From assembly GCF_001194135.2 (NCBI RefSeq), contig NC_068987.1, positions 66,593,641 through 66,634,509 on the forward strand: a stretch of 40,869 bases of DNA, in the 5' to 3' direction. The translations under genes and the position numbers were made by a program. The notes under the pieces were generated by a model. That model saw only the letters and a program-made list of their open reading frames with translations. It searched no databases and was not told the DNA's origin. This document shows, piece by piece, positions 1 through 12,657 of this stretch; position 1 is the first letter of the stretch, and every line of letters begins with the position of its first letter. The DNA is from Octopus bimaculoides. Taxonomy: Eukaryota.

Positions 1-58
1 TATATATATATATATATATATATATATGAGCTGAAACTACAGAAAAATAACATGTATG

Positions 59-1240
59 CAATACTATCAAAAAGTTTATGATCAGATCATCAAAACTTAT
101 TTTGAAAACAACATCTCCACAATGAGAGATTCTGGTGAAATATTTTATTAATGCATAGTTAGATTCATTGGAGGACATAATTAACTCAGTAACTAAACAA
201 AACTTAAAAATCGGAGAAAAACTCGAAATATTCGCCCTTGGCCTTGATCACTGCGGATCTTATTCTGGGCATTCTTTCGAGCAATGAAAGCAAATATTCG
301 CTGGTAATATTTTGCCCCACCTCTTGTAAGAGTGTCCAGGAACTTTCTGGACGACTTGGTTGTCGCTTTTTGACTCTGTGATCTAATTCATCCCTCACAG
401 TATCAATGGGATTGCAATCGGGGGATTGGGCCGGCCATTCCACTACAGTCAATTTTTTTTGCGTCCATATTTTACTGTAAATGGCTTTTGCATAGTTTTG
501 AAATATGTTTCGGATCATTATCTGGCACCAGCATGAAATTACCATCTATCAGCCTCGTCCCAGATGGAATGGAGTATACACTGATACCCGTTTTGGTTCA
601 GTATTCTTGTTACCCGATGTATATCCCCAACACTATTGCCTGCATATCTCCTCCAGATCATCAGACTTATCCCAGCATGCTTTAAAGTTGGAACTATACA
701 ATCAGGAGTCATCCGTTCACCACGAATAAACTCTATGCTGGGATCCGAAGATTTCAAACTTTGATTCATCTGTGGAGACGACTTGTTTCCATCAATCAAC
801 AGTCCAAGTTTGGTGTTTTCTGATCCATATGAGTCACTTACGTTTATTCATCGGTCGAAGCAGTGGTTTTCTAGCAGTGCAGCGACCATTTATACCAGCA
901 GCAATGAATCTTCGCCTCACGGAGTAAGAGACACGTTGGCCTCGCCGGTTTCACTTACTTGTGCAATGATTTCATTTGCTGTCAGGCGCCTATTTCGAAG
1001 ACTGATGACTCTGATGACCTTATCCTGTGACTTAGAACTCACATTTGGACAACCTGTTGTTATTTTCCTGTTTCATTACGCTTTACAATAGCGAAGCGGA
1101 TGGTAGTATAGGAAAGTGTAACTTTTTTGGCTATATCTCGAAAACAACAGCCTTCTCTACGTAAAATGACAATGGTTTAAATTATTGGTTTTGTCCATAC
1201 TTAGGTTAATTTTTAGGTGTTTCACTAATTTTACTTATTT
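59..1240 (-). mobile_element. Tc1-like DNA transposon remnant (one TIR-like end only)
   Basis: Decayed transposase 204-1198 on the minus strand. CAATACTATCAAAAAAGTTTATGATCAG at ~59 resembles a Tc1 terminus. I found no matching inverted copy at the other end, so the boundaries are approximate. Confidence 0.85.
204..1198 (-). pseudogene. Tc1-superfamily transposase pseudogene
   Basis: Manual translation across frameshifts gives the N-terminal HTH (IVILRREGCCFRDIAKKV..KRNETGK), VSTDESKFEIFGS (Asp codon 768-770), TLKHAGISLMIW, DNDPKH (Asp codon 520-522) and WPAQSPDCNPID (last Asp codon 402-404). Several stops and frameshifts. Confidence 0.92.
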
Positions 1241-1515
1241 TTAATAATTAAACCTGGGAGAAACAGTAGCACTGTTAACGAAGTCATTAAGTGATGTTAT
1301 CTCAACGGACAACACATAAGGAGTGTAGATAATCAAAACGTACTGTTGCCAAAACGTGGACGCTAAAGTGCCTTTGACAACATTCCCAAATAGGCTTGCC
1401 GTCAACAAATATGCTTATTTGCATATAAAATATGTATAAATAGCCCTACATCGAATAAACCCCAAACATTATGCAATATGTCATTCGATAAATATATTTA
1501 TATATATATATATAT

Positions 1516-1793
1516 NNNNNNNNNNNNNNNNNNNNNNNNNNNNNNNNNNNNNNNNNNNNNNNNNNNNNNNNNNNNNNNNNNNNNNNNNNNNNNNNNNNNN
1601 NNNNNNNNNNNNNNNNNNNNNNNNNNNNNNNNNNNNNNNNNNNNNNNNNNNNNNNNNNNNNNNNNNNNNNNNNNNNNNNNNNNNNNNNNNNNNNNNNNNN
1701 NNNNNNNNNNNNNNNNNNNNNNNNNNNNNNNNNNNNNNNNNNNNNNNNNNNNNNNNNNNNNNNNNNNNNNNNNNNNNNNNNNNNNNNNNNNNN
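1516..1793. other. Assembly gap (N run)
   Basis: N run preceded by (TA)n. The other gaps are 8703-9261, 14028-14052, 24060-24069, 29496-29849 and 39253-39589. Confidence 1.
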
Positions 1794-2246
1794 AAAAGAG
1801 TTTAGAATGTAAAGAATAATGCATATATTACCATTAGTATTGAAAATGTACCCGCAAAGTGATCATGGCAGAAATGCAACAGGGCTTTCAGGTTTTATAC
1901 GATAAAGATTTAAACAAGTTTTGAAGCTGGTGCTGCTTGGAGTGAAATGTTATGTGTTGTTGTTTACTGACACAGCATACGTGATGCAGTAAACCTAAGA
2001 AAGCATTCTATCGAAGTCATACTAATCCTAACCATCCTGTTTAATTTCATATAACAGGGACGATACAGTGACATGTGTTTTTCTTGGCTTTTTTTTAAAA
2101 GAGAAAGACGTGACTCGAGAGCATTTCGGTAATATATTCAGCTGGTCTTGCTGAATATACTACGTTCGTTGGTTCATGAGTAGTCTTGTAATTTCTTGCA
2201 TGTGATATTGTTATTAACAGCGGCACTCAACTAATGGTGGTGGTGA

Positions 2247-2353
<107 letters not shown>

Positions 2354-3519
2354 ACCGATGTTATTGTTGTAGTTGTTGCTATTGTTAGTCATAAATTCTG
2401 AGACATAGCAATATATACTGGGTTGATGACAATCATTTATGGTGATGGGTGTTGTTTAACCCTAGGCTAGTCCTTATCAAAAGTTATTTCAGCCATGGCC
2501 ATGGAGCCTTCACAAGGATATCTGTACTATAATACGATCCAACTTAGCCTTCCTTGTTTAAGATGTTGCATTTTGATTTGAGGGAGATTGTATGTGCCTT
2601 CTATTTCTAGGAGGGCTAGAGATCAGAAAGCTCTCTTGTGGATTTCTGGTTGTTGTTTTCATTGTTGTTATATGAAGTATTGTTATTAATGTTAGCGAAG
2701 GGGACAATGAACACGATAGTGACGCAGACACTGCAAATGCGCGTCATTGGTGAAATGTTACTTCATGGTAATTTACAGCAATGACAGAAATAGTTATTGC
2801 TTTTCATCGTATTCAGCCGATCGAACGAATCGACCACTTCCTGCAAGCTTGTTGCTTCAAATATATTGCGCATGATTTAGTTGACGAATGCATTGCTTCT
2901 CTGACATGCAGTCGTTAGTCCTTTGAAGCGCAAAGCTTACAGCATTCGCAAAAGGAAATGATGTCAGCTTTCCATTAGTTAATTTCTATGTACCTGTAGA
3001 TTCTAATAGTGACCCCAAAAGGCACGGGTTATGTGAAATTGTTGCATCCCCCTCTTTATAATCGGTGGCATGTAGTTAAAGCTGTGTGTATGGAACTAGG
3101 GGATAGTAACGTTATAGACGCTGCTGCTATTTTTGTATAAATGTCTACCACTCTGTATTAAATGTGATATATTTCGTTGTTACTATATGAAACATCGTTT
3201 AATTTGCATTGCATCCGTAACATTGTGTCCATGTAATTAATTTAAATATTTCTCGAAAGAGAGTTATAGTAATCTAAGACCGTTTCCTAACTCAACCTCC
3301 GGTAAACCCTGAAGCAATGGACTTATAATCAAATAATTTACAGTGTTATTTTTCTCTCAGTGTATAGTTACTGCTACACTGTGTTACGTGTACTTTCTTT
3401 TTAAATAAGATTTGAGCTGGAATTGGCATCTATTTTTAGCACTCATTCATTGACTTTCTCTCACTATTGCTATGAGGGCTATTTCTAGTCTGCTTCATTT
3501 TATGCGGTTATTTTTAGGT

Positions 3520-3665
3520 ATGTATGTGTGCATGTATGCATGTGTGCATGTATGCATGCGTGCATGTATGCATGTGTGCATGTATGCATGTGTGCATGTA
3601 TGCTTGTGTGCATGTTCGTATGTGGCTGTGTGTGTGCGTGTGTATGTTTGTGTGCACGCGCGTGC
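3520..3665. repeat. Degenerate (ATGC/GTAT/GT)n microsatellite
   Basis: Read directly from the sequence. Confidence 0.95.
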
Positions 3666-5036
3666 GTATTGGTCTGTCATTATAGGTATTATTGTATTTT
3701 CCTGAGGTGATTAAGTACAGAAATCAAAATTGATTTTTGGAATGTTGTTTCAAGATCAAATCGGTCAATTCACACGATAATAAGTGCACTGAAATACTTC
3801 AACAAAAATTAGAAGAAAGAATGGGAAATTAAACTTTGAACCTCATATAGCGACATGTATAGCACAAAGGAAGTGATCGAATGTAAAGTAAATTGAAAAC
3901 AAACCTAAGATAGAAATCAGTATTTGGTAATCATATTTCTGTTTATCTCATTTTCATCATATTTAATATTGAATAGTTGTAATATCTGTGTATGCAATGT
4001 TTCACGATGTTTATTCTCATATACATATACATTTTTCTTCGCTCATTCACACACGTAACCTCTCACTTTCCGTGTAAGGCACACTCCAGCATAGAAAACG
4101 AAACATTTACTTGTATATATACATATACTATGGCATGAACACAGGTTATTCTACAGTCGTTTCATTTTATATATAGTACGTATATATAAATATATATAAA
4201 TATAAATGTATCACATGCATGCATGCGTATTTGTATGTTTGATCAATTTTGTTATCGTTCAAATAATGTGAGCTATTTACAAAATTCGGAAAATTTGGCC
4301 TGGGGATAAAAGAAGAAACGAAACTCTTACGATGTCATACCTAATTAACGCTTTCCAAAAATCATACAGGTCCTTCGATAGACCAAATAAAATTCTATTC
4401 TACATCAACACCAAATAAACAAGCCGTCAAACTTGATAAATATTATAATTCGCCCCCCCCCCTAGTAAAATGATAATGTCAATGTTATCCTATGAAACTG
4501 CATTTAGCAAAACTGAAGCGTATTATAAAACAAGGTATACATATGAATCTGACCTCAGAAAGATTATGTATTCCAATATTACAACTAATAACTACCTTAC
4601 AAATTAAATAAAGAAACACAAATTTTAATAGAGAAAGACACTTTGCCATAACTTCTGGGCGAAGTGTAAAAATATTTCCATTCAAATCCAGTTTTATATG
4701 GCGGGATCAGAATGTTAACGTTGATCGTCATTAGGATGCATGTTATGCATTGTTGAGGCATATCTTAGCAGCATTTAATTCGTTTCTTTCAGTGTTCACG
4801 GTGGCTTTCTTAAATTCTAAATACCATTGCTTGATGCTCTACATGTGAAATGCAATTGCATCAATTGTGTGAGCTACATTTTCTTCCATCTGCAAGAAGG
4901 CGTGAGGAAAACAACACAAGCAGTAAATCCAACAAATGAAGAACAACATCCAGATTCTTCATGGTGTTAAAAGATAGGTGAGTCGTGTAAGGTGAGATAC
5001 GTTCAACAGAACTGTGATATTGTAGGATTGTAACTA

Positions 5037-6296
5037 TCAGGTCATCCCATAAGTTGTGTCCGAATTTTAAGTAAAGAAAATAAGTGATCAAATATTATAT
5101 TTAATTGAAATTTAATCATCAATGTATATTTCCCTGATTATCTATGACTTCATCCATCCGTTTACAAGCTTTTTAATCCCATCAATGTAAACCTCTTTTG
5201 GTTTCAAAGCGAAGAACACTGAAATGTCAGTTTCGACCTCCTGGCTTGCGAAAGTTATGTCCCTTAAATGATTATGTAAACTACGAAACAAATGGTAGTC
5301 TGAAGCAGCAAGGTCGGGAGAATAAGGTGAATGAGGAATTTTTTCCAACCAAGCTCTTCGATCTTCTGTGATGTGATCTTTGCAGTGTTGGATCGTGCAT
5401 TGTCCTGATGAAACATCATTCCTTTTCCATTCACTAAAGCGGGTCTTCTTTTCTTCAAACTTGGTTTAAAGGCTCTAATTGCTGACAGTAGACTTGAGCA
5501 TTGATTGTTGTATTACGTGGTAACAATTCAAAGTGAATTACTCCTTTGCAATCCCACCTGTTAGAGAGAAGAAACTTTTTCCCATAAAGTTCCCTTCTCG
5601 GTGTTAGTTGAGCTTTTTCCCTTTTACCAAGCCACTGTTTACAACGTTTAATATTTCGATAGAAGATCCATTTTTCGTCACCAGTCACAAGTCTATCTAA
5701 AACGGTGAAATGAGTTCGCGAGAATGAAGAGAAGAGCAGGCGTCAACTCGGAATTTGCGGTTGCTTTCGAACAATTCACGAGGCACCCATTTTCCAAGTT
5801 TAGGAACCTTTCAAAGTTGTTGAAGATGACGATGAACAGTTGTATTATCTGAAGTAAGCTTTATTGCCAATTCTTCAACTGATAATGCAGGATTTTCTTC
5901 AAGTAATGCCTCAAGGAGCTTATCATCAAACTCATCTTCAAGGCTGAAATCTCCACTTCTGAATTTTGCAGACCATCTTCTGCAAGTTCTTTCATTCAAG
6001 CATTCTTTCCCATAAAATGAGTGTATGTTCCGAGTCGCGTCGGCTGCAGAGTTCCCTTTTTTGTACTCATAAAGCATTATGTGCCTCAAATGCCCTTTGG
6101 ATACTTCCATGTTAGAAAGGGTTTTAATGAAAGAAATTTTAATTCTATTATTCTCTAAAATAATATTTAATTAGTTTAAATGTACATAAATGCATAAAAT
6201 AATCTTTTTAATCCATTACAGATACTAAAATACTACTAAATTTCATTCAATTTTAAAAAATAGGTAAAATCGGACAGAACTTATGGGATGACCTGA
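5037..6296 (-). mobile_element. Full-length mariner (DD34D) element, 1260 bp, with TIRs and TA target duplication
   Basis: Left TIR TCAGGTCATCCCATAAGTTGTGTCCGA and the reverse complement of the right TIR, TCAGGTCATCCCATAAGTTCTGTCCGA, differ at 1 of 27 positions. TA at 5035-5036 and 6297-6298. Confidence 0.97.
5142..6110 (-). pseudogene. Mariner transposase pseudogene
   Basis: ORF fragments give HLRHIMLYEYKKG (HTH), TGDEKW, HQDNA and PYSPDLAASDY. Joining across one frameshift gives 34 residues between the second and third Asp. Confidence 0.96.
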
Positions 6297-6549
6297 TAGA
6301 TTCAACATTACTTCTAAAAGCACTGAAAAGAAGATCAATGAAGCAACGGTTAACGACCTAGAGAGGGAAGAGGAAAGTGCTTCATCATGGACATTGCCGA
6401 GGTAAGTAAGACAAACGCCAAAGTAAATAAAATATCCTCAGCGATTATTAAATCAAGCAACAGCTGATGCCTTGAACGGCTACAGCAGCATTCGACCTGG
6501 TACTGTTGCTGAACAGATTATGAAGTTTGTCACCGACAATACGAGCTAT

Positions 6550-6550
<1 letters not shown>

Positions 6551-6603
<53 letters not shown>

Positions 6604-6646
6604 GCACACACACGAACAAACACACACACACACACACACACGCACG

Positions 6647-6687
<41 letters not shown>
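6551..6687. repeat. (CA)n microsatellite, imperfect
   Basis: Read directly from the sequence. Confidence 0.98.
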
Positions 6688-6688
<1 letters not shown>

Positions 6689-7112
6689 TATTAATGTGAG
6701 TTTAGAGGAATATATTATCCGGGAGGATACCGTGGTAGCTCTCATTTATGTTCCAGTATATAGCTAACCGCATCGATTAGTATTTAACGTCTATGACTAC
6801 TAGAAGTTTTCACTCACTCTGTAAATTCTTCCAATGAGTAATTCCGTGTTCGCCTCGCTGGATGGTAATATTATCTGGTGTGTATATGATCTATAATTAT
6901 AACGAGGATCTTTGTGGTTATCGTCACTGTCATCCCCCCCACCGCTTTCACGCTAGTTTGACAGATGGGAGTAACAGCGAATGCGCCGTTTTTTGATTGG
7001 CTGAAAATTCTGAAAGTTATCAAACTTGAAACACCTGTAACATTTTCGGAAAATTTCTCTGGAATAAATGAATAACAAATTCGTATTCAGCATAAAAAAT
7101 TACATCTATATG

Positions 7113-7494
7113 TTGTTGGCACTCCGTCGCTTACGATGTCGAGGGTTCCAGTTGATCCGATCAACGGAACAGCCTGCTCGTGAAATTAACGTGCAAGTGG
7201 CTGAGCACTCCACAGACACATGTACCCTTAACGTAGTTCTCGGGGATATTCAGCGTGACACAGTGTGATAAGGCTGACCCTTTGAATTACAGGTACAACA
7301 GAAACAGGAAGTAAGATGAGAGAAAGTTGTGGTGAAAGAGTACAGCAGGGTTCGCCACCACCCCCTGCCGGAGCCTCATGGAGCTTTAGGTGTTTTCGCT
7401 CAATAAACACTCACAACGCCCGGTCTGGGAATCGAAACCGCGATCCTATGACCGCGAGTCCGCTGCCCTGACCGCTGGGCCATTGCGCCTCCAC
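7113..7494 (-). mobile_element. tRNA-derived SINE, family C (full length, 12-bp TSD)
   Basis: Minus-strand head GTGGAGGCGCAATGGCCCAGCGG...GGTTTCGATTCC carries Pol III A and B boxes; the tail is (CAA)n. TSD TACATCTATATG at 7101-7112 and 7495-7506. A second copy lies at 23850-24227. Confidence 0.93.
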
Positions 7495-7663
7495 TACATC
7501 TATATGATACATTAGAAAAAAAACTTTTTAAAGATTTCCATATGCAGTAACGATAACCTCAAATATCCTTATAACGATGGAGAAAATGAAGACTGGTACA
7601 TCCTGAAAATTTAATTCTTTTTATTTTACAATGTCATGCAGCATATTTTTTATGTTTACGACT

Positions 7664-7746
7664 ACCTACACGTGTTTTCGCTTCACTGAATATGGGAAGT
7701 TGCATATGCAACCGGGCATAATTTTCTGTGCAGCTTCCTCCAGGGT
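7664..7746 (-). ncRNA. Degenerate minimal type I hammerhead-ribozyme-like motif
   Basis: Minus strand reads ACC-CTGGAGGA-A-GCTGCACAG...CAGTGAAGC-GAAA-ACACGTGT-A-GGT. The core has two single-base insertions relative to canonical; stem II pairs 7 of 9; stem III is palindromic. Confidence 0.45.
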
Positions 7747-8579
7747 TTTTAACCAGCTTGACTCGAAGCGAACTAAATCCAGTTAGTTGTTTATTGATTA
7801 GGGTTCAGGGGGAAGTGAGGGGAGGTTGTTTTGAATCTGAAATCTAGCCTGTTTTTAAACTTCTGCGGTTGAGCTCGGCTTCACACGCGTTGCTGGTCGA
7901 AGTCAGGATCCCATCTAATTAAATAAAAGTTTGTTACCGTTTTGGTAGGTTTCTTTCTGTATTGTAGTAGATGGTTCATTTCTGTTATGTTCTTAATTAT
8001 TCAGATATTTTCATTGGTGCAGTATTTATTATTGTGGGTATTAGAAAAGAAAAGGAGTAAATACTAGGCTGGTTAAGAAAAGACAATATAGTTGGGCAGT
8101 TTAGGACATGTGCTTCTATCTTTACTTGCCACCCATGTGCAGGTAGGACATTGAGTTATATAGAACCTGTGTTAAATTTCTTAAAGGTTTTGGTATGTTT
8201 ATGTAAGTACCTTGTGCCTCTTCCAGCCTGCCATTAAGTAATTTGCGTCTCGATGTAAAGTTTACCAAAGATCAGGTTTCAGATTGAAAACAACCTCCTC
8301 TGACTTGCACTTGACTAATAAACAGCTAACTGAATTCAGTTCGCCTCGAGCCAAGCTTGTTAAGAGTCCCTGAATTCCGGATAAAATCATAGCAACATTT
8401 CGTCCGTTTTTACGTTCTAAATTCGAATTCCATTGAAGTCGACACTAGGTTTCATCATTTCATGATAGATTATAAAATTATATGTTTAGCACTGGCGGCT
8501 ATGTAATCAACTGCCCCCGCTCCACCGCTTCTCCTCTATTGTGTATGTGTGCATTTTTTACACTTTTCTTTAAATCTTT

Positions 8580-8702
8580 TACGTGTTTCAGTCATTTGAC
8601 TGTGGTCATACTGGGGCACCACCATTAGTTGAACAAATCGACTCCAGGACTTACTCTTTGTAAACCTAGTACTTCTATCGGTATCTTTTGCGGAACTACT
8701 AA
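8580..8702 (-). mobile_element. SINE family B, 3' part (truncated by assembly gap)
   Basis: TTTCAGTCATTTGACTGTGG...CCTAGTACT matches 17271-17400 and, inverted, 29990-30090. Confidence 0.85.
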
Positions 8703-10096
8703 NNNNNNNNNNNNNNNNNNNNNNNNNNNNNNNNNNNNNNNNNNNNNNNNNNNNNNNNNNNNNNNNNNNNNNNNNNNNNNNNNNNNNNNNNNNNNNNNNN
8801 NNNNNNNNNNNNNNNNNNNNNNNNNNNNNNNNNNNNNNNNNNNNNNNNNNNNNNNNNNNNNNNNNNNNNNNNNNNNNNNNNNNNNNNNNNNNNNNNNNNN
8901 NNNNNNNNNNNNNNNNNNNNNNNNNNNNNNNNNNNNNNNNNNNNNNNNNNNNNNNNNNNNNNNNNNNNNNNNNNNNNNNNNNNNNNNNNNNNNNNNNNNN
9001 NNNNNNNNNNNNNNNNNNNNNNNNNNNNNNNNNNNNNNNNNNNNNNNNNNNNNNNNNNNNNNNNNNNNNNNNNNNNNNNNNNNNNNNNNNNNNNNNNNNN
9101 NNNNNNNNNNNNNNNNNNNNNNNNNNNNNNNNNNNNNNNNNNNNNNNNNNNNNNNNNNNNNNNNNNNNNNNNNNNNNNNNNNNNNNNNNNNNNNNNNNNN
9201 NNNNNNNNNNNNNNNNNNNNNNNNNNNNNNNNNNNNNNNNNNNNNNNNNNNNNNNNNNNNNTATATATATATATATGCAGTATATTCCCAACATGCACAC
9301 AGTAACTGTAAACACTGGACCACTGTTGAGTTTTATAGTCACCTTGTCTTTTAGTGGTTTGCATACAACTATTTTCTAATCACAAAACTATCAGGTTTCT
9401 ATGAACACAAGCCTATCTATGTCATGCTTGACCTAACATATTTTCTCTCTATTTCATAATTCCTGCTATGTCGTGTCTCTAAAATACAGTACTGTCCTAT
9501 TTGAATGTCTCTCCCCGTCCTTGTTTTTATCTTCATGCATCAATTAATAAAATTTAAAGCTTTTCATGTATCACTCCCGTCCAGTTTGAGACAATTGGCT
9601 GTAACATATCCTCTTATTGCCGAACGAAATCAACCAAATGCAAGATGGTAATCAGAAACCTTAAGTAATACTTTTGGGATTTTGTTCGGAAGAGTAACTC
9701 GAGAAACAACAAAAGTAATCACGTAGATAATTGTTTTACATTCATGGTCAGAGAAAGTAGCAGAATATAAATAATTATATTGTAGGCCACATGTACAGGA
9801 AATAGAAATAGCCGATTTGATTATTCTTTCATGTTTCATTCTATGATATCCATCGACACTAATGACTTGAGGGAGTAGTGTATGAGTGCTATACTTCCAA
9901 GTGTGCTGTCGAATTATCTGAAATATCAACAACATATTCATAGACACTGAAATATCAGTTAATATTTCGAAACAATGCGATTCCGCGTCCCATTTTAGCA
10001 TCCAACACATTGGCCAACTTTTGGTTAATTGTTGCCCAGAGTTTACTGACAACTTGTGAGGTGAATTTGCTACAATTGAAACGACGCAAAATTATA

Positions 10097-10400
10097 AATG
10101 CTCCCAGCCATACTCCAAAATGGTATAGAATTTCCGAAAATCCAACTTTGACGCTTTCTGGCTCGTGGATTTCTGGCCCACTTCCAGCCTGGATCTCAAC
10201 TCTATGGACTATACCATGCGGGACATTTTGGAGCATGCCACCAACAAAACTTTTCCCACCCAACATCAACTCTCTGAAGGCTGTCATCAATGAGGAGTGG
10301 ACCAGGATGTCCAGTACTTTTGTGGTGAAGTTGCGTGGGGTTCTGGCACCGTGTGGAGGCTGTAATTGCAAACAGTGGGAACCACATAGGACAAATTATT
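10097..10400 (+). pseudogene. DD37D (maT-type) Tc1/mariner transposase C-terminal fragment
   Basis: Manual translation with frameshifts: NAPSHT.KMV*NFRKSNFDAFWLVDFWPTSSLDLNSMDY...LEHATNKT..PNINSLKAVINEEW...FWHRVEAVIANSGNHI. This matches the WPPSSPDLNPLDY-type motif; 37-residue spacing requires one 1-nt deletion. Confidence 0.8.
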
Positions 10401-11489
10401 TCTGTTGTAATTATATGTGAATGTTCTTAACCTATTTTTGTATTACTAAACCTACTGACGCGCAATGAGAGAGTACATGAATGAGTACTGCACTACGCAT
10501 TTTAGTTAAACCTAGAATCAGCTTACTTCCCAATAACGAACAGGTTTAAAAGCAGCCCTCTCATGACGATTTCGTGTATGTCCATATGTATTTGTGCTTG
10601 TGTTTGTGCATATTTAAGTGTATATATTCATGTATAAATGTATGTGTACGTACACACACACACACAAGATGCACCTTTCGTAACTGAAATATAACTGAAA
10701 CTTTCTCTAAATGTAATTCTTCGTCATGACTACGTTCAGTTTTTATTAATATTCTGTGTTGAAACATTATTCATTGTAATTATAAATGAACGGTATCACT
10801 TGTCTTTGAGTATTTATTTCTATAATATAAAATAAAAATTATTAGTTGTGTTTATTCTTCGGTTGTATTGAAAATATATTTAAAATAACCTATGTGCAAA
10901 TTTACGCATTGCAATAAATACGATATAAATATTTTAAACACAAAATTGCAAAGCACAGCGTTTTAAATTGTATCTAACATAGTTTACAAACAATTTGGCA
11001 CATTAATTTGTCCTAATAGGAAGAATTCATTTATTATTAACCTGTTAAATTTGCCTTTAATGCAATATGTTTTATTATCCCCTTTGTTTTATGTTGGCAC
11101 AGAAGAAGAGGTGTGACTGTTAAATAATTAAAGAGAATTCTGAAAGCTAATTAATGATACGATAAATATTCACATGGTTGTCGTGCAGATGTTTTCCCTT
11201 GTTTTGATATTTTACAAAGGTGAGCGCTTAAATATTTTTCAAAGTTGAATTCACAAAACAGAACGTAATTAAATGACAATTTCCATTAGTTTGTAAATGT
11301 TTAATTTATTTGTATATAAATATTTCGAAATATTAGGATTGAAGACACATATACTGGGCGAGTTGACATATGATGTGGCACACCGGGCAACTCCACAGTA
11401 CTGTCGATTTGATGGAGGGAATCGGCTAACGTGAAGTACGAACATTGCAACATTATAACAATAAAAAAAAATCATATGTATAGGTAATT

Positions 11490-11905
11490 CAGCAAGGAAT
11501 TGCAGAACCATCTTTTCCGCACTTCATACAGAACGATTTGTCGACAACGGATTTGAGAGTGCTAATGAATTCCAATCACGAATAGCCAAGGAAAGAGAAG
11601 AAACACTACTCCCCATGGAATTACATGGTCGAATCGAACAATCTAAAGGTCCAGGAAGCCTCATAGATGTGACTCAGCACTGGTGAACTTAAAAGGGCAG
11701 TGAAAGCGTGATCATCGCTGCCTTGGAACACGAATTGAATGTGAAAGATGATATATACCAAATGAGTGCAACGAATATCTGCAGAATGTGGGAAGAAGGT
11801 CGAATCGTTAGTGCCAGTCAAAATGTTGCAAAAAAGCAGTACAGTAGTCTTCACTGGCTACTGAGCAGGAAGTATGAATTTGATTTAACAGGCGCTTGGT
11901 ACTAA
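11490..11905 (+). pseudogene. R4/Dong-like (RLE) LINE ORF fragment, region around the zinc knuckle
   Basis: One frame with two stops: PMELHGR...TQHW*T*KGSESVIIAALEHEL...ICRMWEEGRIVSASQNVAKKQYSSLHWLLSRKY..WY. It resembles the LHG..W..ETE.LIIAAQEQAL..CR.C..HI.S.C..LA..Y..HW.L..KY pattern of RLE LINEs. Confidence 0.7.
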
Positions 11906-12657
11906 CAGACAAAATACTTAGCGGTATTTCTTACGTTTTTTTACGTCCTGAGTTCAAATTCCATCGTTGTCAACTTTACGCGTTCACCTCCTGGGTGTTT
12001 CGGCCCACACAGTTCTTCCGAGGGTACTCTTAACCGAGCGTCCATTAATAATTATGCTAATAAACATTAGAGGTAAATTGAGTAATCTTTCTGTCCATGC
12101 TAGTCAAGAGTTCGAATCTTATCAATAAAATATTTTAAGCAATTTAGATTTTGTGAGATTATATCGACCCCAGCTCTCAAGAAACGACGTAAAGATGCGC
12201 AGTAAGAAAATTCAAATAACGACAAGGGAGCATTTTAATCAATTTGAATTTCGAGATTATCTGACTTGTCATTTTTGTCAAATGTTTTTTATCAGCATTA
12301 TTGAATTTTCTAGTTATTACGTGTATAATTTCAATCTATTAATATTTTTGGCTCGCCACATAATTTAAGCGCTTACATTGAGAAGTGGATAAATATCTCA
12401 TATTCCCAATTCTCTGGTGCCACTAACTATAGAAGCAGCACAGTATATCGTATTTATCATTATACAGGCAGACAATAATGATGTTTAATTAAGCACATTT
12501 ATTTCTTTATTTCCTATTTATCTACACCAATTATTACTGCTGCGTAATTTTCCATCAGATCCAATGCTCTAATTATTAGGTTTTGTAGCCGAGGAAGAAA
12601 TAGGCGTTGACTGTATGTAATGATTCAGGTTTATACCCCGCTGCAATCCTGAAGATA

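Noticed and set aside
7400-7494. tRNA genes at SINE heads (also 16640-16706, 17560-17648, 24140-24227, 39655-39723)
   Set aside because: They have A/B boxes but no complete cloverleaf, and most continue into repeat bodies; they are SINE heads.
8536-9364. Long ORFs spanning N runs (also 1478-1824, 29445-29988, 39161-39694)
   Set aside because: Artefacts of translating assembly gaps as X.
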